From contig JAULAX010000014.1 of NCBI GenBank assembly GCA_032654565.1, forward strand, positions 1 through 64,000: 64,000 bases of DNA, written 5' to 3'. Shown one piece after another: positions 19,689-31,400 of this stretch. Numbering within the stretch: the stretch's first letter is position 1; every line of letters starts with the position of its first letter. A program made the position numbers and the translations under genes. The DNA comes from Anaeromyxobacteraceae bacterium (GTDB lineage Bacteria; Myxococcota; Myxococcia; Myxococcales; Anaeromyxobacteraceae). Below the pieces are notes generated by a model. It was not told the DNA's origin. It saw only the letters and a list, made by a program, of their open reading frames with translations, and did not search any database.

Positions 19689-20366
19689 ATGCGCCCTCCG
19701 GCCGCTGCCACCCCCCACCGCCCCCACGCCAGGCGCCTGGCCGCGCTGGCCGCCGCGGCGCTGCTGGCCCTGCCCCCGGCGGCCGCCGGTCCGACCTCCG
19801 CCGAGCCCGCCCCGCTGCGCGTCGAGGGCTGGATCGCGGCGGGGCGGCTCCAGGCCCGCCTCGACCTGACCCCGGCCCTCGACGCCGAGCTGGAGCGGCG
19901 GCTGGGGTCCGGCCTCTCCACCACCGTCCGGCTCACCGTGGCCGCCCTCGGCGCCTCGGGCGCGGCCGCCGCCGCCGCGGCGCGCGACTTCGACGTCCGC
20001 TTCGACGTCTGGCTGGAGACCTTCACTGTGACCATCCGTGAAGGGGAGGCGGCGGTGGCCTCCCGGCAGGGGGCCGACTGGGCCACGGTGCGCGGGCTGC
20101 TGGCCACCCCCGCCCCGTTCGACCTCGGGCCGCGCGCCGCCCTGCCGCCGGTCTTCGCCGTCGAGGCCCGGCTGGAGCTCGATCCGGTCACCAGCCGGCG
20201 GCTGGAGAAGACCCGGGAGCAGCTGACCCACCCGGTGGGCGGCCCGTCGGCCGGCGCCCGCTCGGTGCTCGGCACCCTGGCGGCCTTGCTGCTGCGGTCC
20301 CCGCCGCCGGTGGCGACCCGCTCCCGCTCCGGCCCGCTCACCCTCGCCGAGCTCCCCATCCGGTGA
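19689..20366 (+). CDS. DUF4390-like exported protein
   Basis: Signal peptide; RLGSGLSTTVRL...VRFDVWLETF; directly upstream of NtrY-like kinase. Confidence 0.6.
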   Translation: MRPPAAATPHRPHARRLAALAAAALLALPPAAAGPTSAEPAPLRVEGWIAAGRLQARLDLTPALDAELERRLGSGLSTTVRLTVAALGASGAAAAAAARDFDVRFDVWLETFTVTIREGEAAVASRQGADWATVRGLLATPAPFDLGPRAALPPVFAVEARLELDPVTSRRLEKTREQLTHPVGGPSAGARSVLGTLAALLLRSPPPVATRSRSGPLTLAELPIR

Positions 20367-21937
20367 CCACGCCCGCCGCTGCAGCCGCCGCCCCGCCGGC
20401 CGCCCCGCCCGCCCGCCGCGCCGGGCCGCCCCCCTGGCGCTCCCGCTTCTCTCTGAAGCTGGTCGGCGCGCTGCTGCTGGCGGCGACGCTGCCGCTGGTG
20501 CCGGCGCTGCTGCTGGCCAACTGGCTGGCCGACTCCAACGCCGGGGTCTGGCTGGCGCCGCGGGTGGCGGAGCGGCTCTCCGAGGTCCCCGGCACCTACC
20601 AGGAGCTCTTCCGCGCCCGCAGGGCGCTCTACGCCGAGCTGGCCCGGAGCCTGGCCCGGGGCCTGCCGCGCCCGGCCCCGGCGCGGGCGGCCTCCCTGCA
20701 GCGCGCCGTGGCCGAGGTGCCGCGGCTCCAGCACGTCGAGCTGCTCGACCCCGACGGCCTGCTGCTCGCCGAGGCCGAGCGCCCCCGCGAGCGCGACGAG
20801 GAGGGGGGCTGGCGACCGGTGCCGGTCTCGGTGACGCTGCCCGGGGGCGGCACGCTGCGCGCCACCTTCACCATCGAGGCGGCGCTCTTCGCCGAGCTCG
20901 ACGAGACCCGGGAGCTGGCCGAGACGGCGCGGGACATGGACCGGGCCCGCGGCGAGCTGCGCCGCAGCATCCTGCTGGTCTTCGCCGCCATGGTGGCGGT
21001 GGCGGCGCTGCTGGCCGTGCTCCTCGGTCACCTCATGGCCCGGCGCACCGTGGCCCGGCTGGCCCTGCTGGCCGAGGCCCACCGGCGGGTCGCCGGGGGC
21101 GACCTGACGGCGCGGGTGGCCCCCGGCGGCGAGGGGGGCGACGAGGTGGAGGCGCTGGCCGCCGGCTTCAACGTCATGGTCGAGGAGGTCCGCCAGGGGC
21201 GGGACCGGATCATCTACCTGGAGAAGATCTCCGGCTGGCAGGAGGTGGCCCGCCGCCTCGCCCACGAGATCAAGAACCCGCTCACCCCCATCCAGCTCGC
21301 CTTCCAGCAGCTGGAGGCGCGCTGGCGGTCCACCCCCGGCGGCGACGAGCGGTTCGGCCGGCTGCTCGGCGAGGCCGGCGAGATCGTGCGGCAGGAGGTG
21401 GCGACGCTGCAGCGGCTGGTGGAGGAGTTCTCCGCCTTCGCCCGGCTCCCCGACGTGGCGCCGGCCCCGGCCGATCTCGGCGCCTTCGTGGCCGAGTTCA
21501 TCCGCACCAGCCCCCAGCTCGGGGAGCAGGCCGAGGTGACCATGACGCTGGCCTCGGACCGGCTCCCGGTGGCGCTCGACGGGGCGCTGATGCGCCGGGT
21601 GCTGGTCAACCTCGCCGAGAACGCCGTGCAGGCGGCGGCCCCGGCCCGGGCCCGCCTCCACTTCGGGGTGGCCCGGTCCCGCGACCGCGCCGTCCTCACC
21701 GTGGCCGACGAGGGGCCCGGCGTGGAGTGGGCGCTCCGCCCCCGCGTCTTCGACCCCTACTTCACCACCAAGGGCGAGGGGACCGGGCTGGGGCTGGCCA
21801 TCGTCAAGAAGATCGTGCTGCAGCACGGCGGCGAGGTGGAGCTGGGGGAGCGGCCGGGCGGCGGCGCCAGCTTCACCATCGCCCTGCCGCTGGCGCCCGC
21901 CGCGGCGCCGCCCCGGGGCGGCCGCGAGCCGCTGTGA
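20363..21937 (+). CDS. NtrY-like HAMP sensor histidine kinase
   Basis: Two TM helices, HAMP, WQEVARRLAHEIKNPLTPIQL, NLAENA, DEGPG, FDPYFTTK, GTGLGL. Confidence 0.9.
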   Translation: MTTPAAAAAAPPAAPPARRAGPPPWRSRFSLKLVGALLLAATLPLVPALLLANWLADSNAGVWLAPRVAERLSEVPGTYQELFRARRALYAELARSLARGLPRPAPARAASLQRAVAEVPRLQHVELLDPDGLLLAEAERPRERDEEGGWRPVPVSVTLPGGGTLRATFTIEAALFAELDETRELAETARDMDRARGELRRSILLVFAAMVAVAALLAVLLGHLMARRTVARLALLAEAHRRVAGGDLTARVAPGGEGGDEVEALAAGFNVMVEEVRQGRDRIIYLEKISGWQEVARRLAHEIKNPLTPIQLAFQQLEARWRSTPGGDERFGRLLGEAGEIVRQEVATLQRLVEEFSAFARLPDVAPAPADLGAFVAEFIRTSPQLGEQAEVTMTLASDRLPVALDGALMRRVLVNLAENAVQAAAPARARLHFGVARSRDRAVLTVADEGPGVEWALRPRVFDPYFTTKGEGTGLGLAIVKKIVLQHGGEVELGERPGGGASFTIALPLAPAAAPPRGGREPL

Positions 21938-21969
21938 CGCCGGACCCGGCCGGCGTTACCATGGTGGGC

Positions 21970-22740
21970 ATGACCGCTCCCCTCCACGGCCTCACCGCGC
22001 TGGTCACCGGCGCCTCCTCCGGCATCGGGCTGGCCTGCGCCGAGCGGCTGGTCCACGACGGCGCCACCGTGGTGGCCGTGGCCCGCCGCGCCGAGCGGCT
22101 CCAGGCCCTGGCCGGCCGGCTCGGCCCCCGGCTGGTGCCGCTGCCGCTCGACGTCACCGACCGCGCCGCCGTCACCCGCGCCTTCACCGACCCGCTGGCG
22201 CCGCTGCCGCCGCTCGACGTGCTGGTCAACGCCGCCGGCCTGGCGCTCGGCCTCGAGCCGGTGCACCGCACCTCCATGGAGGACTGGGACCGGATGATCG
22301 AGACCAACTGCCGGGCGCTGGTCTTCCTCACCCGGCAGGTGCTGCCCGGCATGGTCGAGCGGGGGCGCGGCCACGTCGTCACCATCGGCTCGGTGGCCGG
22401 CAGCTACCCGTACCCGGGCGGCAACGTCTACGGCGCCACCAAGGCCTTCGTCCGGCAGTTCGCGCTGGCCATCCGCTCCGACCTGCTGGGCACGCCGGTG
22501 CGGGTCACCAACGTCGAGCCGGGCATGTGCGACACCGAGTTCTCCACGGTCCGCTTCGCCGGCGACCAGGCCAAGGCCGACAAGGTCTACGCCGGGATGA
22601 CCCCGCTCTCCGGCGCCGACGTGGCCGACGTGGTCGCCTGGTGCGTCAGCCGCCCCGCCCACGTCAACGTCAACACCATCGAGCTGATGCCGGTGCAGCA
22701 GGCCTTCGGGCCGTTCGCCGTCCACCGCCAGCCGGCCTGA
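21970..22740 (+). CDS. SDR oxidoreductase (YdfG-like)
   Basis: TGASSGIG, NAAGLALG, YGATK, EPGMCDTEFSTVRF, RPAHVNVNTIELMP. Confidence 0.9.
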   Translation: MTAPLHGLTALVTGASSGIGLACAERLVHDGATVVAVARRAERLQALAGRLGPRLVPLPLDVTDRAAVTRAFTDPLAPLPPLDVLVNAAGLALGLEPVHRTSMEDWDRMIETNCRALVFLTRQVLPGMVERGRGHVVTIGSVAGSYPYPGGNVYGATKAFVRQFALAIRSDLLGTPVRVTNVEPGMCDTEFSTVRFAGDQAKADKVYAGMTPLSGADVADVVAWCVSRPAHVNVNTIELMPVQQAFGPFAVHRQPA

Positions 22741-22779
22741 GACGGCCGCCGAGCCGGGCGCGGCGCCATCCCCGGCGGC

Positions 22780-23272
22780 TCAGCGCCTCGTCACCACGCC
22801 GCAGGCGATCCGCACGCCGCCGCCGATCACCAGCGCGGTGCCGGCGCCGCCGAGCAGCGAGCCGGCCCCGGCGTCGAGGCTGACGCCGCGGGCGATGAAG
22901 CCGACCTGGGCGAAGCCGTCCTTGCCCACCACCAGGTCGGGCAGGTCGCCGGCGTGCGAGGCCGGGGCGCCGGCGGCGCCGTGCGGCTGCTTGCCGGGGT
23001 TTGAAGTGGTCGCCTGCGGAGGCGAAGTCGGGGGCGTCGCAGCGCCCCACGGCGTGGATGTGGAAGCCGTGGCTGCCGGCCGGGAGCCCCTTGACGCCGA
23101 TGGCGATGCGGACGCCGTGGGTGTCCTGGGCCAGCATGGCCGTGCCCACCGGGTTGCCGGCGGCGTCGCGCAGGGCGGCGGTGGCGCGCAGCGGCTCCCT
23201 CTCCTCGGGCGGCGCGGCGTGGGCCGCGGCGGTCAGCGCGAGCAGGGCGGCGGCCAGGGGGGCGTGACGCAT
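22780..23272 (-). pseudogene. sodC: Cu/Zn superoxide dismutase, frameshifted and lacking the C-terminal His loop
   Basis: HGFHIHAVGRC..SAGDHF, then +1 shift at TTT 23000-23002; the other frame continues NPGKQPHG..HAGDLPDL..ALVIGGGVRIACGVV; span 493 nt = 3n+1. Confidence 0.8.
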
Positions 23273-23444
23273 TCGAACCTCGGGGAAGGCAGGACGGCGC
23301 GGGAGTCGCCAGCGGAGACCGCAGGACAACATTCATTACGTCGAGTCCGGGCGATCTGCCTCACCCGTTCGGGTGCCCCGGGTCGGGGGGACGCGCGCGC
23401 CGCCCGTCCGTCGCCCCGGCGTATCATCGCCGCCGGGGGGCGCC

Positions 23445-25508
23445 ATGGGGGGCGAGACCGAGCGAGCGGCGGTGCGCAGGCTGCGGGCCATCCGCAACCT
23501 CGGGGTCATGGCCCACATCGACGCCGGCAAGACCACGGTCAGCGAGCGGCTCCTCTTCGTGGCCGGCCGCACCCACCAGCTCGGCGAGGTCCACCAGGGG
23601 GACACCGTCCTCGACTGGATGGAGCTGGAGCGCGAGCGGGGCATCACCATCACCGCCGCCGTGGCCAGCCTGGACTGGCGCGGCCACCAGCTGCACCTCG
23701 TCGACACCCCCGGCCACGTCGACTTCACCATCGAGGTGGAGCGCTGCCTGCGGGTGCTCGACGGCGCGGTGGCGGTCTTCGACGCCGCCCACGGCGTCGA
23801 GCCGCAGGGGGAGACGGTCTGGCGGCAGGCCGACCGCTGGCGGGTGCCGCGGCTGGCCTTCGCCAACAAGATGGACCGGGTCGGCGCCGACTTCGAGATG
23901 ACGCTCCGCTCCCTGCGCGACCACTTCCCCGGGCAGGCCATCGCGCCGGTGCAGCTGCCGGTCGGCGCCGCCGACACCTTCACCGGCTTCGAGGACCTGG
24001 TGGGCGGCGGCCGCGTCTTCTTCACCGATCGTGACGACCCGCGGGCCTTCAGCATCCTCCCCGGCCTCTCGGCGGCGGGGGGCGCGGCCCGGCGGGCCCT
24101 GCTGGCGCAGCTGGCCGACCACGACGACCTGGCCGCCGACGCCCTGCTCGGCGACCGCGACCTCCCCGCCGCCGAGCTCTCCGCCGCCATCCGGCGGGCC
24201 ACCCTCTCCGGCCGCTTCGTCCCGCTGCTCTGCGGCTCGGCGCTGCACAACCAGGGGATCCCCCAGCTGCTCGACGCCTGCTGCGACTGGCTCCCCTCCC
24301 CGCTCGACGTGGCCCCGCCCCCGGCCACCACCCCGGCCGGCGAGCCGCTGGCCAGCCCGCCCGCCGACCAGCAGGGGCCGCTGCTGGCGCTGGCCTTCAA
24401 GGTCTCGCTCCTCGACGAGCGGCGCCGCTTCGTCTTCGTGCGCGTCTACGCCGGGACCATCGCCGAGGGGGACGAGGTCTGGAACTCCAGCCTGGGCAAG
24501 GTGGAGCGGGTGGCCCGGGTGCTGGCCCTCCACGCCGCCCACACCACCCGCCTCCCCTCCGCCGGCGCCGGGCAGATCGTGGCGGTGCTCGGCCTCAAGG
24601 AGGCCCGCACCGGCGACACCCTCTGCGACCGGGCCCGGCCCATGGTGCTGGAGCGGATCAGCGGCCAGCCGCCGGTCATCACCCAGGCCATCGAGCCGGC
24701 CGAGCAGGGGCAGCGCCCGCCGCTGCTGGAGGCGCTGGCCCGGATCGCCGACGAGGACCCCACCTTCCGCTCCGGCGAGGACCCCGGCACCGGGCAGCTG
24801 GTCATCTCCGGCATGGGGGAGCTGCACCTGGAGATCGTGGTGGAGCGGCTGCGGCGCGAGTTCGGCCTCGGGGTCCGCACCGGCCCGCCCCAGGTGCTGC
24901 TGCGCGAGACGCTCACCGTCGCCGCCGAGGCGACGGCGCGGTTCGAGCGGAGCATCGACGGCGCGCCGGTCTTCGCCGAGGTGGCGGTCCGGCTGCGGCC
25001 GCTGGAGCGCGGGGCCGGGGTCGGCTTCGCGGTGGCGCCGGCCGCGGCGGCGGCGCTGGCGCCGCACGGCGAGGCCCTCGACTTCGCCGAGCAGGGGGCG
25101 CGCGAGGCGGCCGAGGCCGGGGCGCTGGAGGGCCACCCGCTGCAGGATGTCGAGGTGACGCTCACCGGGGCGAGCTGGCGCGACGGGGCCTCGAAGCCCT
25201 TCGCCTTCAAGGTGGCCGCGGCCAGCGCGGTGCGCCAGGCGGCCGGGCTGGGGCGCCCGGTGCTGCTCGAGCCGGTGGCCCGGCTCGAGGTGGTGGTGCC
25301 GGAGGGGCAGCTGGGCGAGGCGCTGGGGGCCATCGACCGGCGGCGCGGGACCATCCTCGAGGTGGGCGATCGCGACGGCGGGCTCAAGGTGATCGGCGGC
25401 GAGGCGCCGCTGCGGCGCCTCTTCGGCTTCGCCACCGAGCTCCGCTCCCTCACCCAGGGGAGGGCGCTCTTCACCTTGCGCGTCGACAGGTTCGACGTTA
25501 CCCGGTGA
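23445..25508 (+). CDS. Elongation factor G paralog (EF-G2-like)
   Basis: AHIDAGKTT, ERERGITI, DTPGHVDF, NKMD, GMGELHLEI, LRSLTQGRA; divergent domain IV. Confidence 0.9.
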   Translation: MGGETERAAVRRLRAIRNLGVMAHIDAGKTTVSERLLFVAGRTHQLGEVHQGDTVLDWMELERERGITITAAVASLDWRGHQLHLVDTPGHVDFTIEVERCLRVLDGAVAVFDAAHGVEPQGETVWRQADRWRVPRLAFANKMDRVGADFEMTLRSLRDHFPGQAIAPVQLPVGAADTFTGFEDLVGGGRVFFTDRDDPRAFSILPGLSAAGGAARRALLAQLADHDDLAADALLGDRDLPAAELSAAIRRATLSGRFVPLLCGSALHNQGIPQLLDACCDWLPSPLDVAPPPATTPAGEPLASPPADQQGPLLALAFKVSLLDERRRFVFVRVYAGTIAEGDEVWNSSLGKVERVARVLALHAAHTTRLPSAGAGQIVAVLGLKEARTGDTLCDRARPMVLERISGQPPVITQAIEPAEQGQRPPLLEALARIADEDPTFRSGEDPGTGQLVISGMGELHLEIVVERLRREFGLGVRTGPPQVLLRETLTVAAEATARFERSIDGAPVFAEVAVRLRPLERGAGVGFAVAPAAAAALAPHGEALDFAEQGAREAAEAGALEGHPLQDVEVTLTGASWRDGASKPFAFKVAAASAVRQAAGLGRPVLLEPVARLEVVVPEGQLGEALGAIDRRRGTILEVGDRDGGLKVIGGEAPLRRLFGFATELRSLTQGRALFTLRVDRFDVTR

Positions 25509-25523
25509 GTGGAGGTCACACCC

Positions 25524-26309
25524 ATGCGCCCTGTCGTCCTCGCCGCCGTCGCGTCGCTCTGCCTCTCCCCCCTCGCCGCCCACGCCGCCGACCCGAAGCC
25601 GGCCACCGAGCTCACCTGGTACGGCCACGCCGCCTTCACGGTGAAGACCCCGGCCGGCACCGTGCTCGCCATCGACCCCTTCTTCGGCAACCCGAAGTCG
25701 CCCGACAAGAAGGCCGGCGAGACGCTGCCCCGGGTCGACTACGTCCTCGTCACCCACGGCCACGGCGACCACGTCGGCGACGCCGTGGCCATCGCCAAGC
25801 GGACCGGCGCCAGGCTGATCAGCAACTTCGATCTCTGCCGGGCGCTGGTGACCGCCGGCTACCCCGAGGCCCAGGCCGGCATGGCCACCTGCGGCAACAT
25901 CGGCGGCTCCATCCAGGCCGGTGACGCCACCGTGGTCATGGTGCCGGCCGTCCACTCCTCCGGCATCGACGTCGAGAAGAACGGCGGCACCGCCATGGGG
26001 TTCGTCATCCAGGTGAAGGGCGGGCCGACCATCTACCACACCGGCGACACCGACGTGACCATGGACATGAAGCTCATCCCCGAGCGCTGGGGCCCGGTCG
26101 ACGTCATGCTGGCCTGCATCGGCGGCCACTTCACCATGGACCCGAAGGGCGCGGCGCTGGCCGCCAGCTACGTGAAGCCCAAGGTGGTGGTCCCCATGCA
26201 TTACCAGACCTTCCCGGCCATCCCCGGCTCGCCGGAGGAGCTGAAGGCGGCCCTGCCTCCCGGCGTCAAGCTGCAGGTGCTGGAGCCGGGAAAGGCCACG
26301 GCCTTCTAG
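25524..26309 (+). CDS. Exported metal-dependent hydrolase, metallo-beta-lactamase fold (UPF0173-like)
   Basis: Signal peptide; WYGHAAF, THGHGDHVGD, YHTGDT, PMHYQTFP. Confidence 0.88.
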   Translation: MRPVVLAAVASLCLSPLAAHAADPKPATELTWYGHAAFTVKTPAGTVLAIDPFFGNPKSPDKKAGETLPRVDYVLVTHGHGDHVGDAVAIAKRTGARLISNFDLCRALVTAGYPEAQAGMATCGNIGGSIQAGDATVVMVPAVHSSGIDVEKNGGTAMGFVIQVKGGPTIYHTGDTDVTMDMKLIPERWGPVDVMLACIGGHFTMDPKGAALAASYVKPKVVVPMHYQTFPAIPGSPEELKAALPPGVKLQVLEPGKATAF

Positions 26310-26391
26310 CCTTCCTGCCGCGGACCTGCGGCGGGAGGGCCAGCCGGCCACCGCCGCGGGCCGCCCCGACGCGCGGTGTATGCTCGCCGCC

Positions 26392-27819
<1,428 letters not shown>

Positions 27820-27899
27820 CGGGTGCCCCGCACCGGCGCCGGTGGCCACCCGGCGTATTCTGAGGTCTGATGGCCCGGGGGGCGTGGAGGCAGCGCCCG

Positions 27900-28292
27900 A
27901 TGCAGATCGATCCAGACACCCTGCGCCAGGCGGTGGACCGCGGCGTCCTCACCGAGCCGGAGGCCCGTGCCCTCTGGGCCCACCTCGAGGCCGAGCAGGC
28001 CCAGGCCGGCGGGCTGGCCTCCACCGGCGCCCCGCTGGCCTGGCTCCAGCGGCGCTCCTTCGCGGTGGCGGGCGCCCTCGGCCTGGCGGCGGTGGCCGGC
28101 CACCTCGCCGACGACCTGCTCGACGCCAAGGCCCTCTCCTTCGCGCTCACCGCCATCGCCCTCGGGGTCATCGGCCTCGGCCTGCTCTACCACCTGCGCC
28201 GGGAGCGGCTGGAGGCCCGGCTGGCGGCGCTGGTCCCGGCCCGGCTGCGCCGGCTGCTGCCGCCCGGCCTGCGGGCCAACCCCAACGCCTGA
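27900..28292 (+). CDS. Short membrane protein resembling fused N- and C-termini of DUF2157 proteins
   Basis: LRQAVDRGVLTEPEARALWAHL then LQRRSFAVAGALG...SFALTAIALGVIGLGLLY; alternative start 27870. Confidence 0.55.
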   Translation: MQIDPDTLRQAVDRGVLTEPEARALWAHLEAEQAQAGGLASTGAPLAWLQRRSFAVAGALGLAAVAGHLADDLLDAKALSFALTAIALGVIGLGLLYHLRRERLEARLAALVPARLRRLLPPGLRANPNA

Positions 28293-28324
28293 ATCGCGCC
28301 GTGCGGTGGGCCACCCGCCGCGCC

Positions 28325-28381
28325 GTGACCGCGCTTCTCGCAGCGCAGTGATCGCGCCTCTCGCGCAGCAGTGATCGCGCC
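28325..28381. repeat. 2.5 copies of a 23-bp tandem repeat upstream of glnE
   Basis: GTGAYCGCGCYTCTCGC... units starting 28325, 28348, 28371. Confidence 0.75.
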
Positions 28382-28413
28382 GCCGGCGGCGGCGCGGGGT
28401 AGCATGGCGGCCG

Positions 28414-31400
28414 GTGTTCCCCTCCCACGCCATCCCCGGACTGCCGCCCGCCGAGCCCACCCTGCCGGAGAGCGCCGAGCGGCTGGCCCGGCTCCACAAG
28501 CGCTGCGGCCCGCTGGCCGACGAGGCGCTGGCCTGCTGCCGCCTCTCGCCCGATCCCGACCTGGCGCTGGCCGGCCTGGAGCGGTACCTCGACGGGGCCG
28601 GGGCGCTGCCGCCGGAGCGCGACCTGCTGGAGGTCCTGGCCCTGCTCTGCGGCGCCTCCTCGATGAGCGCCGGGCTGCTGGCCCGCTGGCCCCACCTGCT
28701 CCGGCGCACGGCGCGCTCCCCCTGGCTGCTGCGGCCGCGCACCGAGGCCAGCCTGCGGGCGCTGCTGGCCCGCGCCTCCCGGCGGCTCGACCCCGCCGAC
28801 GTCGACGCCTTCCACGCCCTGCTGCGCCGGCTGCGGGCCCGCGAGGTGCTGCGCATCACCCTGCGCGACCTGCGCCGGGCCCGGATGATGGAGGTGGCCG
28901 GCGAGCTCTCGGCGCTGGCCATGGCCTGCGTCGACGCCGCCATCCGCTTCCACGACGCCCGGCTCCGGCTCAAGCACGGCCCGCCGGCCGGGCTGGAGGG
29001 GCGCGAGCCGGGGGCCGGCTTCTGCGCCCTGGCCATGGGCAAGCTGGGGGCGCGCGAGCTCAACTTCAGCTCCGACGTCGACCTGATCTTCGTCTACGGC
29101 GTCGACGGCCAGACCACCGGGGAGCGCTCCACCACCCACTTCGCCTACTACACCCGGCTGGCCGAGCTGGTCACCGAGGCCATCTCGCGCTCCACCGAGG
29201 ACGGCTTCGTCTTCCGCGTCGACCTCGACCTGCGGCCGGAGGGGCGCTCCGGCCCCATCGTCAACAGCCTCCACGCCGCCGAGCTCTACTACCAGACCTT
29301 CGGTCGCAGCTGGGAGCGCAACGCCATGCTGAAGGCCCGCGCCGGCGCCGGCGACGAGCCGGTCGGCGAGGCGCTGCTGCAGGCGCTGGAGCCCTTCATC
29401 TGGCGGGCCAGCCTGGACCTCGAGGTGGTCGGCGAGATCCACGCCATGAAGGCCCGCATCGACGCCCGGGCCGGCGCCGAGGGGGCGGCCGACCTCAAGC
29501 TCGGCAAGGGGGGCATCCGCGAGGCCGAGTTCTTCGTCTCGGCGCTGCAGCTGCTCCACGGCGGCAAGCCGGGCGCCAAGGCGCTGCGCGAGCGCGGCGT
29601 GCTGGCGGCGCTCGACCGGCTGCTCTTCGCCGGCGTGGTCCCGGTGCGCGACCGCGACGCCCTGGCCGACGCCTACCTCTACCTGCGCCGCTGCGAGCAC
29701 CGGGTGCAGATGGTGGAGGGGGCGCAGACCCACCGGCTGCCGCCCCCCGGGGAGCGGCTGCCCCTGGCCCGGGCCCTCGGGGTGGCCACCGCCGCCGAGT
29801 TCGAGGCCACCCTCTCCGGCCACCGCGAGAAGGTGGCGGCGCTCTTCGCCGGGCTGCTCGGCACCGCCGGCGAGCAGGCCGCCCCGCTCGACCACGAGCT
29901 GGCCCTGCTGGCCGACCAGGAGGTGGAGCCGGAGCGCCGCCACCAGATCGCCGCCCGCCGCGGGCTGCAGGACCCCGACCGGGCGGTGGCCGCCATCGAC
30001 GCCATGGCCCGCCGGGCCACCCCCTTCTCCCGCACCGGCGACCCGGCGGTGGCCATCGGCCTGCTCTCCGACGCCCTGGAGACGCCCGACCCGGACCAGG
30101 CCCTCAGCCACCTCTCCGACTTCGCCACCGCCCTGCGCAACCCCGCCCCGTACTTCAAGCTGCTGGGCGAGCGGCGGCGGGCCGCCCGGCTGCTCCTCTC
30201 CCTCTTCGGCACCTCCGACTTCCTCAGCAAGCGCTTCCTGCGCCACCCCGAGCTGATCGACGCCCTCTTCCGCGCCGACCAGGTGGAGCTGGAGAAGCCG
30301 GCCGGGCGCTTCGGGGCCGAGCTGGACGAGCGGCTCCTGCACGCCGGGGGCGACGGACTCGACGACCGGCTGGAGCGGCGGCTGGGCGAGCTGCGCCGCT
30401 ACAAGGACGAGGAGATCCTGCGCATCGCCCTGCACGACATCGCCGGCTCCATCGACCTCGCCAGCGTGGCCGGCCAGCTCACCCACCTGGCCGAGGCCTG
30501 CGTGGTCCGCTGCCTGGCGCTGGCCGAGGAGGAGGCCGAGGCCAAGGGCTACCAGCCGCCGGGGCGGCTCTGCGTCATCGGCATGGGGAAGCTGGGCGGG
30601 CGGGAGCTCGGCTACCACTCCGACCTCGATCTCATCTTCCTCTACCCGGGCGGCGCCGAGCCGGGGTACGAGCGCTACCCCCGGCTGGCCCAGCGCTTCA
30701 TGGCCTTCCTGCAGATGCCGCTGCGCGAGGGGCGGCTCTACCAGATCGACACCCGGCTGCGCCCCAGCGGCAACCAGGGGGCGCTGGTGATCGGCGCCGA
30801 CGCCTTCGCCCGCTACCACGTGGGCGAGGCGGTGCCGCTCGGCGGTGCCGGGGAGGCCCGGCCGGGCACGGTCCGCTCGCAGCTCTGGGAGCGCCAGGCG
30901 CTGCTGCGGGCCCGCTTCGTGGCCGGCGACGAGGCGCTCTGGCGGCGGGTCGAGGCCGAGGTCATCACCCCGGTCGCCTACGGCGTCCGCGCCGACCGGA
31001 CCGCGCTGGCCGCCGACGTCCGCGCCATGCGCGAGCGGATGGAGAGCCAGCTGGGGCGGGAGGCGACCCGCGGCAAGAACCCCAAGACCGGCCACGGCGG
31101 CCTGGTCGACGTCGAGTTCGCCACCCAGTTCCTCCAGCTGGCCCACGGCCACGAGGTCCCCTCGGTGCGCACCAGCACCACCCCGGTGGCCCTGCGCCGC
31201 CTGCGCGACGCCGGGCTGCTGCGCCCGGCCGACTTCGAGCCGCTGGCGGCCGGCTACGCCTTCCTGCGGCGCGTCGAGCTGCGGCTGCGCATCGTCCACG
31301 ACTACGGCGTCGACCACCTGCCCGAGAGCGGCCCGGCCCTGCACCAGCTGGCCCGCCGGCTCGGCTACTTCGGCGAGGCCCCGGGCGACCGGTTCGTCGC

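Noticed and set aside
23445..25508. Tetracycline ribosomal protection protein
   Set aside because: Lacks TetM/TetO signature loops and looks more like an EF-G paralog
28168..31344. Long antisense and alternate-frame ORFs here and at 23424-26678, 14796-17261, 19094-21826
   Set aside because: Shadows of well-supported genes; low-complexity R/G/P/A content with no motifs
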